NCBI GenBank assembly: GCA_963735595.1
Contig: CAVTLK010000005.1
Span: forward strand, 1-64,000
Length of the DNA stretch: 64,000 bases
DNA from: an uncultured delta proteobacterium
GTDB taxonomy: Bacteria > Desulfobacterota > Zymogenia > Zymogenales > Zymogenaceae
Direction: 5' to 3'
The notes below the pieces were generated by a model. That model saw only the letters and a list, made by a program, of their open reading frames with translations, ran no database searches and was not told the DNA's origin. Below, piece after piece: positions 1-8,171 of the stretch (its first letter is position 1; each line of letters begins with the position of its first letter). The position numbers and the translations under genes are program-made.

Positions 1-157
1 ACTGAACCGGGTCAAGGAGATCTTCGACGGGCATATGGCGTGCCTGCCGTTTGTAACCACGGTGGACGGAATGCTCGGGCAAGACGCGGTCTTCGACGGG
101 ATCCGGCGGCGGCGGCCGAGTTCCTTGATACCCTCACGTCGTAGGGATACCATTTAA
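1..157 (+). CDS. 3' end of a gene entering the window, possibly a ROK-family C-terminus (probably contains indel errors)
   Basis: Frame 2 is open from the window edge (LNRVKEIFDGHMACLPFVTTVDGMLGQDAV...). The 'LGQDAV' segment resembles the ROK 'LGxDAxxxG' tail. A terminator hairpin follows. Confidence 0.3.
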   Translation, partial: LNRVKEIFDGHMACLPFVTTVDGMLGQDAVFDGIRRRRPSSLIPSRRRDTI

Positions 158-170
158 AAGGGATACGAAG

Positions 171-204
171 AACGGGCGACGATCCGAAGATCGTCGCCCG
201 TTTT
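171..204. terminator. Intrinsic terminator, likely bidirectional
   Basis: Perfect 14-bp stem AACGGGCGACGATC-cgaa-GATCGTCGCCCGTT followed by TT, between convergent genes. Confidence 0.85.
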
Positions 205-234
205 CATTCAGCACAGTCCGGGTATCTCGGCCTA

Positions 235-927
235 TTACGCGCCGGTCGGGTTGTCGGCCGCGGCAGACTTCTCAAACGCACCCGCGCACGCCGATCCGAA
301 CAGCGCGTAGTAGAAGAGGTACTTGATGTAAAATGTGAGGAGAACGGCAATAGAGGATGCCGAGGTACGGTATGCGGAGAGGACGAAGTAGGCGAAGAAA
401 ACGCATATCATCAACACGACCGCGATGACGTAGTCGTCAAATGCCTTAAAGATGTTATGCACGACCTCCCATATCCTGAAGGCGGCCCCGAACCGCTCGT
501 CACTTTTCGCGTAGAGGGCAAGCGCCATCGGGAAGAGGACCGCGGCCACGATCGCCAGTATCGCACCGACGCCGAAAAACACGGCCGCCGGCAGTATGAT
601 ACCTTCCGGGAAAATGCCGGTCCTTTCCTTGAGCACGAAGGCGCTGATAAGAAACACCGATCCCGACCCCAGGAATACCAGCGGTATCAGGAAGTAGAGA
701 AGGCGCAACAGGAAGATCATGAAGCCCTGGATGAAGATATCTCCCCACTCGTCCCATTCCGGCATCGTGGGAGGGCGCCCGGCGAGCCCCGCCTTGAATA
801 TCCGGTAGGCGTAGCCGGTGCAGAAGAAGTTGACGATCGGCAGGAGCGAGAGCGCGATACCGATGATCATCTTGACCGACCACTCCTTATCCTGGGTAGG
901 ATACATAAAGATTTCCTTGATGTCCAT
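235..927 (-). CDS. DUF4013-family membrane protein
   Basis: MDIKEIFMYP..W..KMIIG..L..LPIVNFF..GYAYR....PEWDEWGDIFIQG signature; about 4 TM segments. Confidence 0.8.
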   Translation of the reverse strand: MDIKEIFMYPTQDKEWSVKMIIGIALSLLPIVNFFCTGYAYRIFKAGLAGRPPTMPEWDEWGDIFIQGFMIFLLRLLYFLIPLVFLGSGSVFLISAFVLKERTGIFPEGIILPAAVFFGVGAILAIVAAVLFPMALALYAKSDERFGAAFRIWEVVHNIFKAFDDYVIAVVLMICVFFAYFVLSAYRTSASSIAVLLTFYIKYLFYYALFGSACAGAFEKSAAADNPTGA

Positions 928-957
928 GTTCCTTATCCTTTCCGTAGCCGCCTATAG

Positions 958-2521
958 TTATAGTACCCCCGGCCCTGCTATTTGTCCGCCTTTCGCCTTG
1001 AACTGGTCCCTGAGCTGGTACTTGAGGACCTTGCCGGCAGACGTTGCGCGGCAGGGCTTCGATGACTTCCAGTTTCCGCGGGATCTTGTAGTCCGCAAGC
1101 CTTGTTGTGAGGAATTCCCTGAGCTCGTCGAGGGTGAGCGTCTCATTTGGCCTGGTCACCACGACGGCCGTGACCGTCTCGCCCCAGGTGGGATGCGGCA
1201 TGCCGATGATGACGGCGTCGGCCACCTTCGGGTTTTCGAAGATGGCGTCCTCCACCTCTTTGCTGTAGACGTTCTCGCCGCCGGTGATGATCATGTCTTT
1301 CTTACGGTCGACCAGGGTGATGTAGCCCTCGTCGTCCATGTTCCCCAGGTCGCCGGAGTGGACCCAGCCGTCCTTGATGGCGTTCTTGGTGGCCTCGGGG
1401 TTCTTATAGTAGCCCTTCATGGCCATCTCGCCCTTGATGACCAGCTCGCCCACGACCCCCGGCTTGGTGATGGTCTTCTCGTTCTCGTCCACCAGGCGGG
1501 ATTCCATGTTGACGACGTACTTGCCGCCGGCGCCCGCCTTTCTGATCTGGTCCTCGGGCAGGAGCGCGACGCCGCCGGGGCCGGCCTCGGTGAAGCCGCA
1601 CAGGCAGAAGAAATTGGTGCTCTTGAATTTATCCATCATCTGCTTGACGGCCTCGGCCGCCATGGGGGCTGCCCCGTAGCCGTAGAAGCGGATGCGGGAC
1701 AGGTCGTACTTGTCGAAGTCCGGGACCCCCATCAGCATGGTATACATGATCGGGGCGCCGAAAAACAGGGTGATCTTCTCGTTCTGGAGGAGGTCAAGGA
1801 CCTTATCCGGCGGCCAGAACTCCTTGTTGACGACGTGGGTCGACGCCGACGTAGGTGCCGGGATTGAGATAGAGGTTGAGCTCGGCCGAGTGGAAGAGCG
1901 GCGCGGCGTGGAGGATCCGGTCGTTGAGGTTCGTCCCGATGAGGCTGGTGATGCTGGTGGTGAGCACCATGTGCGCGTGGTGGACGAAGAGCGCGCCCTT
2001 GGGCCTGCCGGTGGTGCCGGAGGTGTAGATGATCTCGCTCTCGTCAAACTCGTCCACTTTTACCGTTGGCTCGTCCTTTTTGCCGGAGTCGAGCACCTGG
2101 GTAAAGACGTCAAATCCGTCGAACGTGCGCCGGTCCGGCGGAATAATAGTTCTTGACCTTCTTGAGCCGTTCCTTCATGTCCCGGACGGCCGGCTCGAAG
2201 CAGTCGTCGAAGATAACGGCAACGGAGTCCGAATTGTCGAAGATATACTCGGCCTCCGGCGGGGCCAGCCGGAAGTTGACCGGGACCGCCACGCCGCCCG
2301 CCTTGACGACGCCGTAAAAGGCAAAGCACGAAGAGGTCGGAGTTGAACATCCAGAGGGACACTTTGTCGCCCTTTTTCAGGCCGGCCTTGAGCAGCGTGT
2401 TGGCCACGGCGTTGACGCGCTCATTGACCTCTCTCCAGTTGAGGCGTGTTCCCTCGTAGACGAGGGCCTCCTTTTCCGGGAGCATTCGGGCGTTTCGTGC
2501 GACGAGACCTCCTAAATCCAT
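958..2521 (-). CDS. Long-chain fatty-acid--CoA ligase (AMP-binding), split by several single-base frameshifts
   Basis: Consecutive ORF pieces give MDLGGLVARNAR..., AVPVNFRLAPPE, IIYTSGTTGRPKG, GFTEAGPG, GWVHSGDLG, DRKKDMIITGGENVYS, GKVLKYQLR; GGAGG SD upstream of ATG at 2521. Confidence 0.9.
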
Positions 2522-2899
2522 TCGAGACCTCCATGAGATGTGGTTAGAAAGGGAAGGATAATGTGTGGAAAGTGGTACATTTGTATCAGATTTTTCGACG
2601 GGAGTCAAAGGTTCTTTTGACTGATGGGTCAGAAAATGCGGATGCGGAGCCGGTCTTTTTAGGAGAAGGGAAATCCATCGAGGCCAATAGCATTGGAACT
2701 TTATAGTAGTATGCTCAACATATCCGTGATCATATATTTTTCTTGACAATGTCCAAGAGATGTAATAGAAGATATTCAAAAACATCCGATAAATTTAACT
2801 AGATACATAGAAGGTTCGTCAGGGCTTTCTTCTGATCTCCTTTTGCGAGTATTGATACTAATAGTCCCTCTACCATCCCGGAAAGACGGAAAAATACTC

Positions 2900-3274
2900 A
2901 TGCAGATAAATACGAAGCAATCCCTCCTTATTTTCTGGTCTACCGCAATCCTGGTTTTCTTTATCTCGCTCACGCGGGTTTACGATATAGCGCTCGATAG
3001 GATCACGCCGTACAGTTCGTATTCACCGTTTATACCCTGGGTGGTCATTCCGGCGTATATCTACTGCTTTATCCGCGCCCGCAAGGAGTCGCACCGCGCG
3101 CAGCTGGTGTTGCTGAATTTCCTCTTCTTTTATATCTACCTGTCGTTCCTGAATATTATCGGATGCATCTATACCGAAACTCGGACCGGGACCGACATCC
3201 TTCGTATATCGTATCGATGGATGGAGTTCCTTCTATTGCTCAAGTGGAGAAATAGGGGTCAAATCTTTTGTTGA
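2900..3274 (+). CDS. Hypothetical membrane protein; its 3' end runs into the left inverted repeat of RAYT element 1 (possibly truncated)
   Basis: Three hydrophobic segments, lower GC than flanks; last codons (RGQIFC*) are encoded by the repeat at 3255-3277. Confidence 0.55.
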   Translation: MQINTKQSLLIFWSTAILVFFISLTRVYDIALDRITPYSSYSPFIPWVVIPAYIYCFIRARKESHRAQLVLLNFLFFYIYLSFLNIIGCIYTETRTGTDILRISYRWMEFLLLLKWRNRGQIFC

Positions 3275-3299
3275 CACTTCTTCTATCATAGGTTAGCAT
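3271..3299 (+). promoter_or_regulatory. Sigma70 promoter of RAYT1, with the -35 inside the inverted repeat; leaderless geometry
   Basis: TTGACA-17bp-TAGCAT ending 7 nt before ATG 3307; no SD. Confidence 0.65.
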
Positions 3300-3306
3300 T
3301 ACCACC

Positions 3307-4272
3307 ATGACGCGACCACTTAGAATCGAATACCCCGATGCGTGGTATCATGTTATGAATCGGGGAAGAAGGCGAGAAACAATCTTTAACGAGGATGCGG
3401 ATTTCGACATCTTCCTCGCGCTCCTTCAGGAATCGAGCGAGCTCTGGGGAGTCCGTATTGCGGCGTATTGCCTGATGTCCAATCACTACCACCTTCTGGT
3501 GCAGACGCCACGCGCCAATCTTTCCCGGGCCATGCGGCATATCGACGGGATCTATACGCAACGATACAACCGCCGCCACAAGACAGTCGGGCAGGTGTTT
3601 GCAGGAAGGTATAAGTCCATACTCGTTGACGCGGATTCATACCTCCTTGACGTCGTGCGGTATATACACAAGAACCCCGTTCGGGCGGGTATGGTGAGCG
3701 ACCCGAGACGATACCCGTGGTCGAGTCATTCGGGGTACCTGGCCGACGGTCCGAAGTGGGATTGGCTCTATAAGGGGTTTGTGCTTTCGACTTTTTCGGC
3801 CGATGGCAGCGAGGCAAGGAGGAGATATAGACGCTTCATGGCGGATGACGATACGGAGGAGATAATCCGCTTTTTCGGCGGGAAAACGGTCCATGCGGTT
3901 TTGGGGAGCGATCGGTTTACCAAGTGGGTACGGGAGCGTTTCTCGGATCGTGGTAGAGACAGCGAGATATCGGGATCACAACTCCTCCTGCCGGGCATCG
4001 AAGAGGTAGTGGACGCGGTATGCGCGGAATATGGTGTTGGCCGGGACGGGCTGTTGATTTCGAGGCGCGGAGTGGCCAACGAGGCGCGAAACGTAGCGAT
4101 GTACCTCTCAAGGCGTCTTTGCGGCGAGACTCTTAGTAGGATCGCCGAGCGTTTCAATTTGACCGGTTACAGCACCGTCAGCAATATGGTGGAGCGGATG
4201 AAAAGGCGGGAGGTACTGGACGGCGGGTTGAGGGAGAGGATCGAAAGAGTGACGATCGGGATGAAGAAGTGA
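3307..4272 (+). CDS. REP-associated tyrosine transposase-like (Y1 HUH) protein with C-terminal DnaA domain IV-like HTH
   Basis: MxRPLRIEYPDAWYHVMNRG, YCLMSNHYHLLV (HUH), RYIHKNPVRAGMV (catalytic Tyr), YPWSS; C-terminal ARNVAMYLSRRLCGETLSRIAERF..YSTVS. Confidence 0.9.
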   Translation: MTRPLRIEYPDAWYHVMNRGRRRETIFNEDADFDIFLALLQESSELWGVRIAAYCLMSNHYHLLVQTPRANLSRAMRHIDGIYTQRYNRRHKTVGQVFAGRYKSILVDADSYLLDVVRYIHKNPVRAGMVSDPRRYPWSSHSGYLADGPKWDWLYKGFVLSTFSADGSEARRRYRRFMADDDTEEIIRFFGGKTVHAVLGSDRFTKWVRERFSDRGRDSEISGSQLLLPGIEEVVDAVCAEYGVGRDGLLISRRGVANEARNVAMYLSRRLCGETLSRIAERFNLTGYSTVSNMVERMKRREVLDGGLRERIERVTIGMKK

Positions 4273-4372
4273 CAACAAAAGATTTGACCCCCCTGGTTCC
4301 CGGCCCCCTGGTCTTCGCAACCCCGTCCCGCATCACGTAGTAGGCAGCCCGCGCCAGCTTGGGGAGGGATAA

Positions 4373-5416
4373 GGGGTCGAGTCTCCGTTTGACTCTTATT
4401 GGCTCTTATGATATATCTTTATCATGGCTCGACCTCTGAGAATAGAATACCCCGACGCATGGTATCTTATAATGAACCGGGGGAGACAACGGGAAGACGT
4501 CTTTACCGATCCTGCGGACTTTAATGCCTTTCTTAAGCTCCTGGAAGAGTCGACACAGCTCTGGGGCGTTCGCATTGCCGCTTACTGCCTGATGTCCAAT
4601 CACTATCATCTTCTCGTCCAGACGCCCCTGGGCAATCTTTCCCGGGCCATGCGCCATATAGACGGGATCTACACGCAACGATTCAACCGCCGCCACAAGA
4701 CGGTCGGCCAGCTGTTTGCCGGCAGATATCAATCGATCCTCGTTGACGCGGATACGTATCTCCTCCAACTGGTGCGTTACATCCACCGGAATCCCCGACG
4801 TGCCGGCACGGCGGCTAAACCGGAGCAGTACCCGTGGACGAGCCATCATGGGTATCTGTCGGATGCGAAACAGTGGGGCTGGCTCCATAAAGACTATGTG
4901 CTCTCCCAATTCTCGAGCGAGCCGCGTGCGAGAAGGCAGGCGTATAAGGAGTTCGTCGCCGATGATGATTCGGAGGAAATCCGACGTTTTTTTAAGGAAA
5001 AGAATGTCCCTGGTGTTTTAGGGAGCGATGTGTTTATTAAATCGGTACGCGATCGCTTTTCAAGCCAAAAGGCGCACGAGGAGGTGCCGGAATCGAAGCT
5101 GCTGTTGCCCGAGATAGAGGAGGTTGCCGACGCGGTATGCGCGGTTTACGGGGTGGAAAGAGACGTACTGTTGGTATCCAAACGAAAGACAGCAAACGAA
5201 CCACGCAATATGGCGATATATCTATCGAGGAGGCTATGCGGGGCGACGCTTCGGGAAATCAGGGATTGGTTCAACCTCCACAGCGACAGCTCCGTCGGCA
5301 GTGTGATAGAACGGATGACCGTATTGGAATCAAAAAATAGTAAAGTAAGGAAGAGTATAGGGCTGGTGAACGCGCAGATGAACAGATGAATCGGCGATAA
5401 ACGGAGACGTGACCCC
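4373..5416 (+). mobile_element. RAYT-like element 2 bounded by an 18-bp terminal inverted repeat
   Basis: GGGGTCGAGTCTCCGTTT (4373-4390) and AAACGGAGACGTGACCCC (5399-5416), 2 mismatches. Confidence 0.75.
4424..5389 (+). CDS. Second RAYT-like HUH transposase with DnaA-like C-terminal HTH (paralog of 3307-4272)
   Basis: Same 321-aa length and motifs (YCLMSNHYHLLVQTP, RYIHRNP, PRNMAIYLSRRLCGATLREI). Confidence 0.9.
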   Translation: MARPLRIEYPDAWYLIMNRGRQREDVFTDPADFNAFLKLLEESTQLWGVRIAAYCLMSNHYHLLVQTPLGNLSRAMRHIDGIYTQRFNRRHKTVGQLFAGRYQSILVDADTYLLQLVRYIHRNPRRAGTAAKPEQYPWTSHHGYLSDAKQWGWLHKDYVLSQFSSEPRARRQAYKEFVADDDSEEIRRFFKEKNVPGVLGSDVFIKSVRDRFSSQKAHEEVPESKLLLPEIEEVADAVCAVYGVERDVLLVSKRKTANEPRNMAIYLSRRLCGATLREIRDWFNLHSDSSVGSVIERMTVLESKNSKVRKSIGLVNAQMNR

Positions 5417-5437
5417 CTTACGTTAGTTGAATCCTCT

Positions 5438-6175
5438 ATGAAACACAATATGGACACGAAACGCTACGATGTCTTTCTGGTCTCTACGGGACTAAAAAAT
5501 ATCGAAGTCCTCAGGGTAATCCGCTACTACACGGGCCTGGACTTGAAACCGGCGGTGGTGCTTGCGGAGTCGGCCCCGGCGGTGGTCTGGTCCGGCGATG
5601 CCAGAGGCAACGCCGAGAAGATGGTGCGGCACCTTGAAGAGGCCGGCGCGGTGGCGGAGGTCAGGGAGGCCTCCGGCGTCGACCCCGTCGCGGGCGCCCC
5701 GGACGGCGGGGGCCGGGTGATACGGATCGGCGATCCGGGTCGGAACATACTAGAGGTTATCAAGGTGATCCGGCAGTATACCGACCTCGGGTTGAAAGAG
5801 GCCAAGGTGTTGGTGGAATCCGCCCCGGGGGCGCTGTGCCCCGTGCCGGCAGGCGCCGACGCCGAGAGGATGCGGTACGACCTCGAACGTGCCGGGGCCA
5901 CGGCGTGGGTGGCCGGAGGCCCGGATACCGTCCCGCCTCCCGGGGAACCCGGCGCCGGTGGAGACTACGCCGTGTTCCTCGTCGATCCGGGGCCAAGGAC
6001 CATCGAGGTCATCAAGGTCGTCCGCCGATACACGGGAATGGGCCTCAAGGAGGCAAAGACACTCGTGGAGGGCGGCGCGGGGCCGGTTTCTTCCGGGGTC
6101 TCCCGAGAGACCGCGGAAAACATCTGGCGCGATCTTCATGACGCCGGCGCGACGGTCGAAGTCAGGGCACTCTAA
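5438..6175 (+). CDS. Protein of three tandem ribosomal protein L7/L12 C-terminal-like domains, with no N-terminal dimerization domain
   Basis: Three repeats of 'IEV(I/L)(K/R)V(I/V)RxYTG(L/M)GLKEAKxLVE...AExxxxxLxxAGAxxEVR' joined by Gly/Pro-rich linkers. Confidence 0.85.
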   Translation: MKHNMDTKRYDVFLVSTGLKNIEVLRVIRYYTGLDLKPAVVLAESAPAVVWSGDARGNAEKMVRHLEEAGAVAEVREASGVDPVAGAPDGGGRVIRIGDPGRNILEVIKVIRQYTDLGLKEAKVLVESAPGALCPVPAGADAERMRYDLERAGATAWVAGGPDTVPPPGEPGAGGDYAVFLVDPGPRTIEVIKVVRRYTGMGLKEAKTLVEGGAGPVSSGVSRETAENIWRDLHDAGATVEVRAL

Positions 6176-6215
6176 GGCGACGGTAGAAAGGCCAGTCACG
6201 CCGATCGCCCCGTCT

Positions 6216-6767
6216 CTACTGCCTCCCCTCCCACTCCTCCCGTAATAATCCGTACATCACCATGTCCTTAAATACGCCGTCGCGAAATACGTGGCGGCGC
6301 AGCACGCCCTCCTGCGTCATACCGATTTTTTCCAGCACGCGGCCGGAGGCCGGGTTGCCGCCGAACCGTGCGGCCGATATCCGGTTGAGCGCCATCGTCT
6401 CAAACCCCCAGCCGACGACTGCCGCGGCCGCCTCGGTCGCGTAGCCCTTCCCCCAGTAGTCACGCCCCAACCAGTAGCCGAGCTCGCCCCGCTTATGATC
6501 GGCAAGCAGCTCAACCCCGCAGGCCCCCATCAGCAGGCCGTTGTCTTTTTCGGTTATCGCAAAGACCGCGCCGGTGCCCGCACGCGTCTGCTCCCTCTGT
6601 ATCGAGAGCCACAGGCGTGCGTCGGCCTCAGTGTAGGGATGGGGTATCTTGAGCGTGTTGCGGTATATCTCGATATCGTCGGCCAGTCGGCCCACTGCCG
6701 GCACGTCGCCCTCGCCGAACGGCCGAAGCAAAAGCCGCCGGGTTGTGAGCGTTAACCCGCCTTTCAT
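6216..6767 (-). CDS. GNAT N-acetyltransferase, RimJ/RimL family
   Basis: LTTRRLLLRPF, ELGYWLGRDYWGKGYATEA, NPASGRVLEKIGM.EG; GAGGAG SD. Confidence 0.9.
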   Translation of the reverse strand: MKGGLTLTTRRLLLRPFGEGDVPAVGRLADDIEIYRNTLKIPHPYTEADARLWLSIQREQTRAGTGAVFAITEKDNGLLMGACGVELLADHKRGELGYWLGRDYWGKGYATEAAAAVVGWGFETMALNRISAARFGGNPASGRVLEKIGMTQEGVLRRHVFRDGVFKDMVMYGLLREEWEGRQ

Positions 6768-6931
6768 GGTGTTGCTCCTCTCGATCAGGGATGAGGTCGG
6801 ACTATATCCTATAGTATCGGACATAGCGTACGCCATGTCAAACCTATTGTCTGAAAGGACGGCCGCCGCCGCGACATCGTACGGCGCGCGTGAAAAATGG
6901 AAGGGTAAGGGGCGGGAAACGCACTTTTTTG

Positions 6932-6976
6932 TTGACAAAGGGGTTAATGCGCTTCATAATGCTAAACAATGTTTAC
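6932..6976 (+). promoter_or_regulatory. Sigma70 promoter with downstream palindromic operator for the dehydratase operon
   Basis: TTGACA-17-CATAAT then CTAAACAATGTTTAC (6962-6976). Confidence 0.7.
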
Positions 6977-7118
6977 ATGGTAATATACTACGTTACTTCT
7001 CGTTGGAACGGGACTATCATTCGAACGGCGTTAACCAACCCTGATTGCGCCCGCTCTGCCCGGTTCACCTGCCGCACGCCGTCCCAAGGCCCCCGGACCG
7101 ACTTCTCGGAGGCGCGCC

Positions 7119-8171
7119 ATGATTACCAAAAAGGACATCCTCTTTACCTGCTCGTACCTGCCGGAAGAGATCATTATCGCGGCGGGGCTCCGCCCCGTGC
7201 GGGTAATGTCCGGCGCCCGCCCCTCGGACGCCGACACGGCCATTCACCCGACGACCTGCCCCTACATCAGGTCGGTCTTTGCCGCTGCGGCGCGGGGCGA
7301 CCACGCCGCGGCCGCAGGGCTGGTGATCGTCAACTCGTGCGACGGGATGCGGCGGCTCTATGACGCCGTGGCGGCGTTGCGCGGGGGGGCCCCCGTGGTC
7401 TTTCTTGACGTGCCGCATAAAAGCGACGCGGATGCCGTCGACCTGTTTGCCGGCGGGCTGCGGCGGCTGGCGGGACAAATCGAAAAGGAGTTAGGCGGGA
7501 CCCCGGTGACGCCGTCCGCCCTGGAGAAGGCCATCGTACATACGAACTCGCTACGCCGGAAGATGGCGGAAGTCTTTACGCTGGAGGCGGACGGCACGCT
7601 TTCCGGCAGGGCCGTCTTTTCGCTCCTCGCCGACGGGGCGACCGGTAATCTTCAGGGCGGGGACGGACGTATCGATAAATTAATTTCCCAAGCGCGGGGA
7701 ACGGGCACTGCCGCCGGCAAACGGATCGTCGTTTCGGCCAATGTATTAGACCGGCCCGACCTCGTCGAGATGATCGAGGACGCCGGCGGGAGCGTCGTCG
7801 CGCTGGATACCTGCGTGGGCGCGCGCCACTGGGAGGGGCTTGTCGCCGAGGGATCGCCCGACCCGATACGGGCCGTCGCCGAACGCTACCTGACGCGCCC
7901 CGCGTGTGCCCGTATGGAGGGGATCGGGCGGCGGATCGATTGGCTGGTGAGCCTGGCCGGGGACTCCCGGGCCGACGGCGTTATCCTCTGTTCGGTGAAG
8001 TACTGCGACGCCTGGCTCTACGACCTGCCGCTACTGACGGAAGAGATGGAGCGCGCGGGGGTACGCGTGCTGTCGATAGAAAACGACTACGAATGGTCAG
8101 GCGCGGGCCAGACGAAAACGCGTATCGAGGCGTTCCTCGAAACGCTGAGCAAGGGAGGCAGGCAATGTTGA
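7119..8171 (+). CDS. 2-hydroxyacyl-CoA dehydratase family subunit (HgdB/FldC/BcrC-like)
   Basis: CSYLPEEII.AAG, CPYIRS, NSCDGMRR, SVKYCD, TRIEAFLETL. Confidence 0.88.
   Translation: MITKKDILFTCSYLPEEIIIAAGLRPVRVMSGARPSDADTAIHPTTCPYIRSVFAAAARGDHAAAAGLVIVNSCDGMRRLYDAVAALRGGAPVVFLDVPHKSDADAVDLFAGGLRRLAGQIEKELGGTPVTPSALEKAIVHTNSLRRKMAEVFTLEADGTLSGRAVFSLLADGATGNLQGGDGRIDKLISQARGTGTAAGKRIVVSANVLDRPDLVEMIEDAGGSVVALDTCVGARHWEGLVAEGSPDPIRAVAERYLTRPACARMEGIGRRIDWLVSLAGDSRADGVILCSVKYCDAWLYDLPLLTEEMERAGVRVLSIENDYEWSGAGQTKTRIEAFLETLSKGGRQC

Larger units (their letters stand above)
3255..4291 (+). mobile_element. RAYT-like element 1 bounded by a 23-bp terminal inverted repeat
   Basis: GGGGTCAAATCTTTTGTTGACAC (3255-3277) and GTGACAACAAAAGATTTGACCCC (4269-4291), 1 mismatch, enclosing only the transposase gene. 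Confidence 0.8.

Noticed and set aside
818..1867. Long antisense ORFs such as 818-1867, 18253-19302, 28178-29296, 33199-34215, 46654-47733 and 62981-63673
   Set aside because: Shadow frames of GC-rich genes on the opposite strand, with no recognisable motifs
5438..6175. Calling this gene rplL
   Set aside because: No N-terminal domain or hinge, triplicated CTD, and no rplJ/rpoB context
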